Shown here piece by piece: positions 27,332 through 36,936 of a stretch of DNA of 64,000 nucleotides (position 1 is the first letter of the stretch; the number at the start of each line of letters is the position of its first letter). Made by a program: the position numbers and the translations under genes. Source of the stretch: an uncultured Gammaproteobacteria bacterium (GTDB lineage: Bacteria > Pseudomonadota > Gammaproteobacteria > Arenicellales > Poriferihabitantaceae); NCBI GenBank assembly GCA_947259885.1, contig CAMYNW010000001.1:148216-212215 (forward strand). The letters are read 5' to 3'. The notes beneath the pieces are model-generated. The model did not search any database and was not told the DNA's origin. It was given only the letters and a program-made list of their open reading frames with translations.

Positions 27332-29569
27332 ATGACTATCGCAATTAAATCAAAGTCTTTTCCGCTTAACCAGTACACACCATACTGGGCTGAATGTTTT
27401 GGTGTTGCGCCTATGTTGCCGATGTCACGTGCTGAAATGGATAAGCTTGGCTGGGACAGTTGTGATGTGATTGTGGTTACCGGCGATGCATATGTCGACC
27501 ACCCCAGTTTCGGGATGGCAATTATTGGTCGCTTGCTTGAAGCCCAGGGATTTAGAGTTGGCATTATCAGCCAACCGGAGTGGGATAGCGCAGCGCCGTT
27601 CAAGGTCCTCGGTAAACCCAATCTGTTTTTTGGCGTCACAGCTGGGAATATGGATTCGATGATAAATCGCTATACCGCGGACCGAAAAATCAGGTCAGAT
27701 GACGCATACACTGCCAACGATATCGGTGGTAAACGACCAGATCGAAGTTCGCTGGTGTACGCCCAGCGTTGTCGTGAGGCATATCCGGAGGCACCAATTA
27801 TTCTGGGTGGAATTGAGGCATCTCTGCGCAGGGTATCGCATTATGATTACTGGCAGGATAAGGTGCGACGTTCGATTCTCGCCGATGCTAAAGCGGATTT
27901 GCTGGTATATGGCAATGGCGAACGGGCGATTGTTGAGATTGCTCATCGCCTTGGAAGTGGTGAGGAAATGCACCGGATACAGGACGTACGCGGGACTGCC
28001 TTTATGTTGAAAGATATTCCCGAAGATTGGCAAGTAATTGATTCTACCAATATGGATAAACCGGGCCGAGTGGAGCGACAGATCAATCCTTATGAATTTT
28101 CTGATCGGGGACAAGGCGGTCAGGCGGACGCAAAATCGCCAGCAAAGGAATCCGCTATCAAAGTGCAATTCGAACCCAAACAGCAGCGCGTTCAGAGGCT
28201 GCTTGCAGCTCGGCTGAAAACGGTAATCCGACTACCCTCGTTTGAGGCGGTTTCACGTGATCCGGTAATGTACGCACATGCCAGCAGAGTACTGCACTTG
28301 GAGACCAATCCGGGTAACGCGCGTGCGCTGGTACAAAACCAAGGTGGACGTAAAATATGGTTGAATCCTCCGCCAATCCCGCTGAGCACGGAGGAAATGG
28401 ATTATGTCTATGGTTTGGAGTACGCCCGAATTCCACACCCGAGTTACGAAGGTGCTCGGATTCCCGCGTATGAAATGATTCGTTTTTCAATCAATATTAT
28501 GCGAGGCTGTTTCGGTGGTTGTACATTTTGTTCAATAACTGAGCACGAAGGTCGTATTATCCAGAGTCGATCTGAGGACTCCATAATTCGGGAACTTGAG
28601 GATATTCGAGACAAGGTACCTGGATTTACCGGCGTTATATCGGATCTCGGCGGGCCAACCGCCAATATGTATCGGATTGCATGTAAATCGCGAGAGATAG
28701 AATCTGCCTGCCGCCGACCTTCGTGTGTTTATCCGGGTATCTGTGAAAACCTCAATACCGATCACTCGCCTTTGATCAAGTTGTATCGACGTGCAAGAGA
28801 AGTAAGAGGAATCAAGAAGGTGTTGATAGGCAGTGGTCTGCGCTATGACCTGGCGGTTGAGTCTCCTGAGTATGTTGAGGAGTTGGTGACGCATCACGTT
28901 GGGGGGTATCTAAAAATTGCTCCAGAACATACCGAAGATGGCCCACTTTCCAAAATGATGAAGCCAGGTATGGGAAGTTACGATCGATTTAAGAAAATGT
29001 TTGATCACTATTCACACAAAGCTGGAAAGAAACAATATTTGATTCCTTACTTCATCGCGGCTCACCCGGGTACTTCAGATGAAGATATGGTGAATCTTGC
29101 TGTTTGGCTTAAAGCCAATGGATTTAGAGCAGATCAGGTGCAAAATTTTTATCCTTCCCCGATGGCCACCGCAACGGCGATGTATCATAGTAGGCGAAAT
29201 CCATTGAAGAGAGTTTCGCGAAACAGTGATGCCGTTACTGTGGCGAAAGGGAGCAAGCAACGTAGATTGCATAAGGCTTTCTTGCGATATCATGATCCTA
29301 TCAACTGGCCTATACTTCGCGTCGCGCTTAAAAAAATGGGCCGCAACGATCTGATTGGCAACAGCAAACATCATCTTATCCCATCATGGCAACCGGCGAG
29401 CGAATTGGGATATCGAAGTCCGAGACGCAAAAACAGTTCTGATGGGGTAGTCCCAAAACTAGATAAAACCCGGATAAAAAACGCCCGCCGTGGTGCAGGA
29501 AAAAATCCAGACCGGCGACGAAATATTTTGACGCAGCATACCGGACTGCCCCCAAGAAAGTTGCATTAA
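27332..29569 (+). CDS. ygiQ: YgiQ family radical SAM protein (UPF0313)
   Basis: 745 aa. The N-terminus ([37 protein letters not shown]) is characteristic of YgiQ, and the radical-SAM cysteine cluster is CFGGCTFC. It has a basic C-terminal tail. Confidence 0.9.
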   Translation: MTIAIKSKSFPLNQYTPYWAECFGVAPMLPMSRAEMDKLGWDSCDVIVVTGDAYVDHPSFGMAIIGRLLEAQGFRVGIISQPEWDSAAPFKVLGKPNLFFGVTAGNMDSMINRYTADRKIRSDDAYTANDIGGKRPDRSSLVYAQRCREAYPEAPIILGGIEASLRRVSHYDYWQDKVRRSILADAKADLLVYGNGERAIVEIAHRLGSGEEMHRIQDVRGTAFMLKDIPEDWQVIDSTNMDKPGRVERQINPYEFSDRGQGGQADAKSPAKESAIKVQFEPKQQRVQRLLAARLKTVIRLPSFEAVSRDPVMYAHASRVLHLETNPGNARALVQNQGGRKIWLNPPPIPLSTEEMDYVYGLEYARIPHPSYEGARIPAYEMIRFSINIMRGCFGGCTFCSITEHEGRIIQSRSEDSIIRELEDIRDKVPGFTGVISDLGGPTANMYRIACKSREIESACRRPSCVYPGICENLNTDHSPLIKLYRRAREVRGIKKVLIGSGLRYDLAVESPEYVEELVTHHVGGYLKIAPEHTEDGPLSKMMKPGMGSYDRFKKMFDHYSHKAGKKQYLIPYFIAAHPGTSDEDMVNLAVWLKANGFRADQVQNFYPSPMATATAMYHSRRNPLKRVSRNSDAVTVAKGSKQRRLHKAFLRYHDPINWPILRVALKKMGRNDLIGNSKHHLIPSWQPASELGYRSPRRKNSSDGVVPKLDKTRIKNARRGAGKNPDRRRNILTQHTGLPPRKLH

Positions 29570-29631
29570 ATTGATGCAGTAATCTGACGTATTGACTAAA
29601 AACGGCCCCGATTTAACTTCACTGATCGCTG

Positions 29632-30108
29632 ATGATTCTTCCCCTGTTTTGTTTTGGATCCCTGATGGACGAGGATGTTTTAACCTGCGTTCTTGGTGAA
29701 TGTCCTGCCTCCCGAATAGTGATCGAGCCAGCCATATTTGTGGATTATCGGAGGGCTCGATTGCCCCATGAATCCTATCCGATGCTAGTGCCCGAAGCAG
29801 ATAGTATTGTTGAAGGTGTGTTGCTGTGCGGATTAAACAAAAAGGACTTGGACCGAAGTGTGTTTTTCGAAGGGGAAGAGTATGAACTTTCGCCCTGCCA
29901 GGTAAAATTAGCCGATGAGACTTGTGCCGAAGCGCTATTTTTTGATGAAGGCATTATGCCGCTGCCTGAAACGGAAGCGTGGGACTATAAGCTGTGGGCA
30001 ACTCAGCACAAGGACTATATGCTGCGCCAGTCAAGAGTATATATGTCTTTAAATGGAAAAATGAGTGCTGCTGAGGCCGACGTGCACTGGCAGACTTATG
30101 TTGAGTAA
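29632..30108 (+). CDS. Gamma-glutamylcyclotransferase-like (AIG2/GGACT family) protein
   Basis: 158 aa. The N-terminal LFCFGSLM resembles the YGSL motif of the GGCT fold. The size is appropriate. Confidence 0.6.
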   Translation: MILPLFCFGSLMDEDVLTCVLGECPASRIVIEPAIFVDYRRARLPHESYPMLVPEADSIVEGVLLCGLNKKDLDRSVFFEGEEYELSPCQVKLADETCAEALFFDEGIMPLPETEAWDYKLWATQHKDYMLRQSRVYMSLNGKMSAAEADVHWQTYVE

Positions 30109-30125
30109 TGAATTGAGAATTCCTT

Positions 30126-31484
30126 ATGGCGCCTTCTGAGCATCTTGCTGGATTTTGTTCCAGATTAAAGTTTGAAGATATTCCACGGCACGTGGTGGAT
30201 CGAACCCTTGAGTTGATGTTGGACTGGACCGGATCGTGCTTGGCCGGATCAAATTCTCGGCAGGCCCTGATCTTGAGAAGTTTCGCTGATGAAATGGGAC
30301 CTGGACAGGGTGCCAGCACTATCCTTGGCAGTGAGATAAATACTTCCCCGTTTTTTGCCGCGTTGGTAAATGCGGCAGCGTCTCATGTTGTGGAACAAGA
30401 TGATTTGCATAACAGTTCAGTGTTTCACCCCGCTACGGTTGTGTTTCCACCCGCCTTAGCGGTCGCAGAGCATGAGGGCGCTGGAGGGCGAGAGTTGATT
30501 GCGGCTTCGGTTGCAGGCTACGAGGCGGGAATTCGTATAGGTGAGTTTCTTGGGCGTAGCCACTATCGGATTTTTCATACCACCGCTACCGCCGGTACTC
30601 TCGCGGCGGCGATGGCATCCTCAAATCTGCTGCGTCTTGATGCCCAAGAAACATTAAATGCTCTCGGGTCGGCAGGCACCCAAGCGGCTGGCCTTTGGGA
30701 ATTTCTACGCGATGCTGCGGACTCGAAACAGTTGCACACCGCTAAGGCTTCCGCTGATGGTCTGCTTTCTGCCTACACTGCTCGAAAAGGCCTGTCTGGT
30801 GCGACTCGGATACTCGAAGGTGCGCAGGGCTTAGGCGCAGGTCTAATGGCGGAGAGCAACCCTGATACGCTGATACAAGGGCTCGGTGACAGGTGGGCTC
30901 TACTGGAAACTTCTTTCAAATACCATGCCTCTTGCCGACACACTCACCCGGCAGCCGACGCGATGCTTGAAATCATGAAGGGCCACAATCCAGATTTAAA
31001 TGCGATCAAAGCTGTGCAAGTGTATGTTTATCAGGCCGCATATGACGTACTAGGTGCGGTCGATCGGCCAAGTACGGTTCACCAGTCGAAATTTTCTATG
31101 GGGTTTGTACTTGCATTGATTGCTCGAAAGCGCAGAGCAGGTGTAAGCGAGTTTAGTGATTGTGCTTTGTCTGATCCGAATCTACTTTCGCTGCATGATA
31201 AAGTCAGCATGATAGTCGATCCGGAAATTGAGGCAGTTTACCCAAAAAAATGGTGTGCCAGAGTGGAGGTCGTTATGAACACGGGAGAACGGTTCAGTCA
31301 GTTTGTGGATACACCTCTGGGAGACCCCGGAAATACCCTCAGCAGGGAGCAGCTTGAGCAAAAAGCTTATCGGCTTGTTGAACATTTTAGCGTATGCACT
31401 AAGCATCAGATGGAGGGACTGATTGAGCGTATCTGGAATTTGCCTTCAGTTGATCAGATAAATGGAATTTTTCAGATCGGCTAG
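30126..31484 (+). CDS. MmgE/PrpD family protein (2-methylcitrate dehydratase superfamily)
   Basis: 452 aa with typical PrpD-family N-terminal text (LAGFCSRLKFEDIPRHVVDRTLELMLDW) and the conserved mid region (FHPATVVFPPALAVAE). Confidence 0.88.
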   Translation: MAPSEHLAGFCSRLKFEDIPRHVVDRTLELMLDWTGSCLAGSNSRQALILRSFADEMGPGQGASTILGSEINTSPFFAALVNAAASHVVEQDDLHNSSVFHPATVVFPPALAVAEHEGAGGRELIAASVAGYEAGIRIGEFLGRSHYRIFHTTATAGTLAAAMASSNLLRLDAQETLNALGSAGTQAAGLWEFLRDAADSKQLHTAKASADGLLSAYTARKGLSGATRILEGAQGLGAGLMAESNPDTLIQGLGDRWALLETSFKYHASCRHTHPAADAMLEIMKGHNPDLNAIKAVQVYVYQAAYDVLGAVDRPSTVHQSKFSMGFVLALIARKRRAGVSEFSDCALSDPNLLSLHDKVSMIVDPEIEAVYPKKWCARVEVVMNTGERFSQFVDTPLGDPGNTLSREQLEQKAYRLVEHFSVCTKHQMEGLIERIWNLPSVDQINGIFQIG

Positions 31485-31545
31485 CAAGGATAATCTAAAA
31501 AAGATTGTCTTCACAACACAAAATCAATACTTGTTTGCGTACCGG

Positions 31546-33633
31546 TTACTCCTCCACTTTATTGGATGCGGGCACAGCTATGTGTTTGAAAGCTGTTTTA
31601 TGGCCAGGCGAGGCTCGAAATCCTCTGACCAGTTTTCTGAATCGATTTAGCGCACCTTTCTCTGGGGCATCGACTATTGCATAACGCAGCGCTATATATT
31701 CCTGAGTGATCAGCTGTACTTCTCTCTGTAGTCCGGGCAGACGTGCTGACACTCGATGTGCGAAATCCACCGGTCCTTCATTGTGGCGTCTAGTCAACCC
31801 GCGTCGTTTCAGTTTGCAGCAGAAATTAAGATAAATGCGGTCAACTGGATCCGGGTGCACCTGATCTCGCCTGAACAGGATAAAGCTGAACAGGGATAGC
31901 AGACCAAGTGCGCTGATAAAAGCGCCGACCGACAGCAACTTTGCGTTAATCTGTCCAAGGCCCATAGAGCGCAACAATTGCCGCTGGCGTGACCCATCAA
32001 ACGCAACGAACCATCTATTCCATTTGGCCTTGATGGCATCTTTCAACCATACCAGTTCGATACCAATTCGACGTAATCCCTGAAAATCGCGTGCAGAAAA
32101 TAACACGACGCGGTCGGTGTTGAGGCTGGTGTCGAAGTCTATTGGATACTCGACTCTTTCGGGTGCAATGGAGGCAGTGGGATCAACTCTTGTCCATCCA
32201 ATTTCTGAATCCCAGATTTCTGTCCAGGCGTGCGCATCAGATTGGCGAACAACGATCTGATTGCTTCTCGGATTATGTTCGCCGCCGAGATAACCTACCA
32301 CGACTCTTGCCGGAATGCCGGCACTGCGCATGATGGTGGCGAAGCTACTGGCATAATGGCCACAAAAACCGCGTCGGCTTTCGAAGAGGAATTCATCGAC
32401 CGGCGCGTCACTTTCTAGTAACGGTGGTTGCAGTGTGTAACTAAAATCGTTCTGGTTAAAATGCTCAAGCATGCGCTGCGCAATATCACTTGGAGAGTTT
32501 GTGCCGCGAGTAATTTCCTGAACTAAACCGTCTAGTCTCGGTGTGAATACAGTTCCCCCTAAATTTAAAGACTGCAATCTGGCGATATCAGATAATGGCT
32601 CTTTTATTGAAGTGCCATTTGACACAATTTCATATCTGAAAGGGCGTTCAATTGGGCGAGATACGTATAGGTGGTGGTCCGCGTCTAATCGCGCATCACG
32701 CGGAATCGATATAGGATAATCAAGTGAATACAGCCAGTTCTGATTGGTCGGCTCGAGTTCAATTTCGTAACGATAAACCTGGTTCTGCAAATCAGTAACT
32801 GCGGGTGTAACACCAAGGAATGGTGCGAACTTGCCGCGAGTCCATTGTCTGCCATCCGTTACCCACAGCACGCCACCACGCCAGTAGCGTTCGGATGGCG
32901 GTGGAATCTGCTGGCCGAGAAAAGTTGCGGTAAAGGCTACTTCTCTGGATTGAATCAGATTGCTGATAGTTCCCATATTTAAGGTATCACTCAGACCAGT
33001 AACCGCGGTATCAGCCTCGGTCTCAAAAAGAAAAACCGATCCGGATAGCCTTGGGAATAGATAAAAAAGTATGAAAACAAAAGGCAGAGCCTGGATCAGC
33101 ATTTTCCCAACCAGCTTGAGGTCGGAAAAGAGATATCGACCGGGATCCGCGTGTTCAATTTGTGTCATCAACCAGGTAAGCGCTATGACCAGTCCAAGCA
33201 AAGGAGCTGCCCAGGAGATTCCGTCGACATATAAAAAGTGTGTGGCGATCATGAAAAAACCCAGTAGCAGGACGATCCGTATATCACGCAGGGTACTGAT
33301 CTCTACGCATTTCAATCCCATCAGCACGAGCAGGAACGCTACTCCTGGATCTCTACCAATAGGCGCCCCATACAACCAGGCTGAAACCGAGAAGCCAATT
33401 ATTGCAAACAAGTAAATGATCCAACGATTTCTGGGAAGCCTGTTCCCGCGCGTTGCTACCAGTCTCCATATCGCAAGCGCAAGGAAGATGGCAATTACCT
33501 CAAAACGCAGATGGTTGATGTGAGGAAGAACGGCTAGTGTCAAAAAGCCAATGGCGAGCGCCAGCAATCTGGTTCCACTCGGCGTCTTTTCGACATACTG
33601 TGGTTCGGTTTTTGCTCGCAATCGATTAATCAC
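31546..33633 (-). CDS. Transglutaminase TgpA-like membrane protein (DUF3488 N-terminal TM domain plus transglutaminase core)
   Basis: 695 aa with multiple N-terminal TMs. The transglutaminase Cys-His-Asp core is present: RRGFCGHYASSFATIMRSAGIPARVV, DAHAWTEIW, WTRVDPT. Confidence 0.9.
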   Translation of the reverse strand: MINRLRAKTEPQYVEKTPSGTRLLALAIGFLTLAVLPHINHLRFEVIAIFLALAIWRLVATRGNRLPRNRWIIYLFAIIGFSVSAWLYGAPIGRDPGVAFLLVLMGLKCVEISTLRDIRIVLLLGFFMIATHFLYVDGISWAAPLLGLVIALTWLMTQIEHADPGRYLFSDLKLVGKMLIQALPFVFILFYLFPRLSGSVFLFETEADTAVTGLSDTLNMGTISNLIQSREVAFTATFLGQQIPPPSERYWRGGVLWVTDGRQWTRGKFAPFLGVTPAVTDLQNQVYRYEIELEPTNQNWLYSLDYPISIPRDARLDADHHLYVSRPIERPFRYEIVSNGTSIKEPLSDIARLQSLNLGGTVFTPRLDGLVQEITRGTNSPSDIAQRMLEHFNQNDFSYTLQPPLLESDAPVDEFLFESRRGFCGHYASSFATIMRSAGIPARVVVGYLGGEHNPRSNQIVVRQSDAHAWTEIWDSEIGWTRVDPTASIAPERVEYPIDFDTSLNTDRVVLFSARDFQGLRRIGIELVWLKDAIKAKWNRWFVAFDGSRQRQLLRSMGLGQINAKLLSVGAFISALGLLSLFSFILFRRDQVHPDPVDRIYLNFCCKLKRRGLTRRHNEGPVDFAHRVSARLPGLQREVQLITQEYIALRYAIVDAPEKGALNRFRKLVRGFRASPGHKTAFKHIAVPASNKVEE

Positions 33634-33647
33634 AATTGAAGGTCGTG

Positions 33648-34643
33648 TTAGGGATTGTTGAACAAAGCAAGCGCTTTGAGGCAGCGGTGTCTATGTGATT
33701 CACCGGCGGCAGGTTCGATCCTACGACCTGGTATTTCAAGTCCGTAGTCGATGTCCAATCTGTCCAGGTCGAGCACCGCTCTTGAAAGATGGGACAGTTT
33801 TTGTTCCTGGTCCTCCCCTTCGGTTTCCTGCCATCGAAGCCAGACTTGTTCGCCTTTTGCGGCGCTGAAATTCTTAAGCCACCATCCTTTTCCTCTTGCC
33901 ACGACTTTCCAGTCTACATGCATCACACTGTCTCCTGACTGGTAGGCTTTATGACCCACGAAGTCGTCGTTTCCAGTTTCCGCGACGTTGCTGGCATCCA
34001 CATCACTTGACCAGTAATCCAGGCCACTGCCCACTTCAGCAGGTTTTGGATAAACTAAGCAGTTGTGATCAGCCTCAAAATAGGCCCAGGCGCGAAATAA
34101 TCCAAGCGGGAAACTTGTTTCAAGTACAACCCGGTCCACCGGCATAAATCCTCTTTTACTGGTGGGTTTGGAAACATTTAATATGGCATCGGATTCCGGA
34201 TCCAGATCCACACGCGCGGCATCGGGCGACTGATGCCCATAGATGAACGCACCAATACCAGCACGAGGTGCATCGTAAGGATTGCGCAGCCGAAATGGAT
34301 AGCTTGCGTCTGCTCCACAAAAAACCGCTTCCGCATTGCTTGTCGTGAGTTCAATACCAACCAGGTTTTTCCACGTTTGGAACAGCGCAGCCATACCTAG
34401 TCCGGTGAGAAGGAAAGTCAGCAAGAAGCCAGGGTTACTGCCATAGTTGTTCGAGCCAAATAGCATTGCAAACAGCATAGCCCCAAACAAAATCCCAAAG
34501 CGGGTAGGCAGAATATAAACTTGGCGAGGTTTAACTCGGATTACGCCTGACGGGTCCGGTGCCGCAGTGCGCATCAGGCTTTGAAACCATCGCCACAAAC
34601 GATCGCTGGGTGGTCTGTTTCTGAATTTAAGGAATGGTGACAT
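33648..34643 (-). CDS. DUF58 domain protein
   Basis: 331 aa with two TMs after the N-terminus. It holds the conserved position between the MoxR ATPase and TgpA. The DDFVGHKAYQSGD segment is typical of DUF58. Confidence 0.75.
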   Translation of the reverse strand: MSPFLKFRNRPPSDRLWRWFQSLMRTAAPDPSGVIRVKPRQVYILPTRFGILFGAMLFAMLFGSNNYGSNPGFLLTFLLTGLGMAALFQTWKNLVGIELTTSNAEAVFCGADASYPFRLRNPYDAPRAGIGAFIYGHQSPDAARVDLDPESDAILNVSKPTSKRGFMPVDRVVLETSFPLGLFRAWAYFEADHNCLVYPKPAEVGSGLDYWSSDVDASNVAETGNDDFVGHKAYQSGDSVMHVDWKVVARGKGWWLKNFSAAKGEQVWLRWQETEGEDQEQKLSHLSRAVLDLDRLDIDYGLEIPGRRIEPAAGESHRHRCLKALALFNNP

Positions 34644-35538
34644 TTTCCAGAATCAGCCGGTCGAGGTTGGTAGTCGGTTCTCTTGCCGATAGGTGGTGGA
34701 CGCTATAAGGAATAACAGTCTGCAGATCCTCCGGCAGCACATGGTTACGCCCGTGCACGACCGCCCAGGCCTTGGTTGCCTCAAGTAATGACATGCCTGC
34801 CCGTGGTGAATATCCGCTTCGAAAGGCAGGATCGTGGCGCGTGTAAGCGATAATTGCTTGAAGATAATCAAGAAGCTTGTTAGAGACTGTGACCCTGGCT
34901 ACACTGGTTTGCGCCAATGCCAGCGACTCGGTGTTAAATACCGGTCGCAAAGAGCTCAGTTTTTGCCTGGGGTCAGGGTTCTTCAGCATATCCCGTTCAG
35001 CTTCCCGATCTGGATACCCCAAGCTGATTCCTAGCATAAAGCGATCAAGCTGGGAGTCAGGCAATGAGAACGTGCCAGTCTGTTCTGTGGGATTGCGGGT
35101 CGCGATAACAAAAAACGGACGGGGTAGTGGACGGGTTTTTCTGTCAATGGTGACTTGCCGCTCTTCCATAGCCTCTAGGAGTGCGCTCTGGCATTTTGGT
35201 GTCGCGCGATTGATCTCGTCAGCCAATACCAGCTGTGTAAAAATCGGACCCGGATGGAAGGTAAAGGCAGTCGTTTCCTGATCAAATATTGTGACACCTG
35301 TAATATCCGCGGGTAGCAGGTCACTGGTAAACTGAATGCGCTTGAAGTTGAGGCCGAACAGACGGGCGATCACGTTGGCCAAGGTTGTTTTACCAACCCC
35401 TGGTTTATCGGTAATCAGCAGGTGTCCGTTGGCGAGTAGGGTGGATATGGCGAGTCGAATGACGCGATCCTTTCCTAGTATGACTTGACTAGCTTGTGCG
35501 ATGAGCGCGTCAATGGTCGATTGAATTTCGTTGTTCAA
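34627..35538 (-). CDS. MoxR-family AAA+ ATPase
   Basis: 303 aa with Walker A DKPGVGKTTLA, Walker B LADEINRATPK, and the MoxR-like C-terminus. It overlaps the DUF58 gene by 17 nt. Confidence 0.92.
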   Translation of the reverse strand: MNNEIQSTIDALIAQASQVILGKDRVIRLAISTLLANGHLLITDKPGVGKTTLANVIARLFGLNFKRIQFTSDLLPADITGVTIFDQETTAFTFHPGPIFTQLVLADEINRATPKCQSALLEAMEERQVTIDRKTRPLPRPFFVIATRNPTEQTGTFSLPDSQLDRFMLGISLGYPDREAERDMLKNPDPRQKLSSLRPVFNTESLALAQTSVARVTVSNKLLDYLQAIIAYTRHDPAFRSGYSPRAGMSLLEATKAWAVVHGRNHVLPEDLQTVIPYSVHHLSAREPTTNLDRLILENVTIP

Positions 35539-35648
35539 TTTATTATGTCCAGATTGTTCTCAGAATTATTGTTACAGACTTTGGGTAGTCGCAATGACTA
35601 GCTCGAGGTCTGATTTTATGTAAAAAACCCGTCCCTTAGGAATATCAC

Positions 35649-36857
35649 ATGAAGTTTTCTAGTTTAACCGAACGTATTGCTGGAGACAGCGTGGATGCAT
35701 GGGATGTGCATTATCGCGGTATGAACCGCCTGGAGGCAGGGGAGGATATCATCCTGCTCAGCGTAGGGCAGGAGTCAGGAGAGGTGACGCCGGCACCGAT
35801 TGTTGACGCGGCGATCAAAAGTCTACGCGGGGGAAGACACCACTATACATCGGTTGAGGGCACCGATCGGCTGCGCGTCGCCATTGCCGCAAAACATCAA
35901 TCATTGACTGGACAGAAAGTCGGCGCAGTTAATTGTGCGGTGTTCAATGGTGCCCAGAATGCATTATTCTCGGTCGCACAGTGTTTGCTCGAACCCGGGG
36001 ACCAGGTGATTTTATCTGAGCCGTATTACACGACCTATCCAGCGACGGTTACCGCTTCCGGGGCGGAGCTGATTAGCGTGCCGACGCGAGCCGAAGACCG
36101 ATTTCAGATTGACCCGGATGAGATCGCTAAACATGTCACCCCTCAGACCCGTGCGATATTGCTTAATTCTCCAAACAACCCCACGGGCGCTGTATACACA
36201 CGCCAGCAGTTTGAGGCCGTTGTGGATTTGTGCCTAAAAAACCAAATCTGGTTGATCAGCGATGAGGTCTATCAGGAAATCCTGCCTGAAAAAGATCGCT
36301 TCAGCCCCTCATCGCTGGATCGTGCAGCGGAAATCTGTATTACGGTCTCAAGTCTATCCAAGTCCCATCGCATGACTGGATGGAGGCTGGGATGGGTTGT
36401 TGGACCGACGTCACTGATCCAACACCTGAGTAATTTGTTAATGTGTATGGCATATGGCATGCCTACTTTTATCCAAGATGCTGCCGCCGCGGCGCTAGAA
36501 AGTGATCATGAAACCGCAGCAATCGTTAGAAGTAGCCTGGGTAGTCGCCGGCGTGCACTAGTCACTGCGCTTCAAGATGTTGATGGTATCGATCTTTTCA
36601 GCGCGGAGGGGGGAATGTTTGTGGTATTCGATATTCGCGAGTTGCCGATCTCAAGTCAGGATTTTGCCAGTGAGTTGTTGGATCGATACGATGTGGCAGT
36701 TCTTCCATGCGATGGATTCGGACCAAGCGGGGCGGGATTACTGAGAGTCAGCCTGTGCGTCCCGGAACAGCAATTGGTCGTTGCTGCAGGACGGATTGTC
36801 GAATACGTGGAATCGATCCTAGCAGGGCCTGTTAAAAACGCAGTGGATGCTGATTAG
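35649..36857 (+). CDS. Class I/II pyridoxal-phosphate-dependent aminotransferase
   Basis: 402 aa with NSPNNPTG and the PLP-lysine motif SLSKSHRMTGWRLGW. Confidence 0.9.
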   Translation: MKFSSLTERIAGDSVDAWDVHYRGMNRLEAGEDIILLSVGQESGEVTPAPIVDAAIKSLRGGRHHYTSVEGTDRLRVAIAAKHQSLTGQKVGAVNCAVFNGAQNALFSVAQCLLEPGDQVILSEPYYTTYPATVTASGAELISVPTRAEDRFQIDPDEIAKHVTPQTRAILLNSPNNPTGAVYTRQQFEAVVDLCLKNQIWLISDEVYQEILPEKDRFSPSSLDRAAEICITVSSLSKSHRMTGWRLGWVVGPTSLIQHLSNLLMCMAYGMPTFIQDAAAAALESDHETAAIVRSSLGSRRRALVTALQDVDGIDLFSAEGGMFVVFDIRELPISSQDFASELLDRYDVAVLPCDGFGPSGAGLLRVSLCVPEQQLVVAAGRIVEYVESILAGPVKNAVDAD

Positions 36858-36936
36858 ACTCCGTTAGGCACATTTATCGGATGTTTGACGTCTGGCGTCG
36901 AGACAAAGACAACACATATATGGTGGAACAGAAAAT

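Noticed and set aside
27695-28168. 157-aa minus-strand ORF and several other ORFs inside ygiQ
   Set aside because: They lie entirely within a strongly supported 745-aa YgiQ gene and have no independent support.
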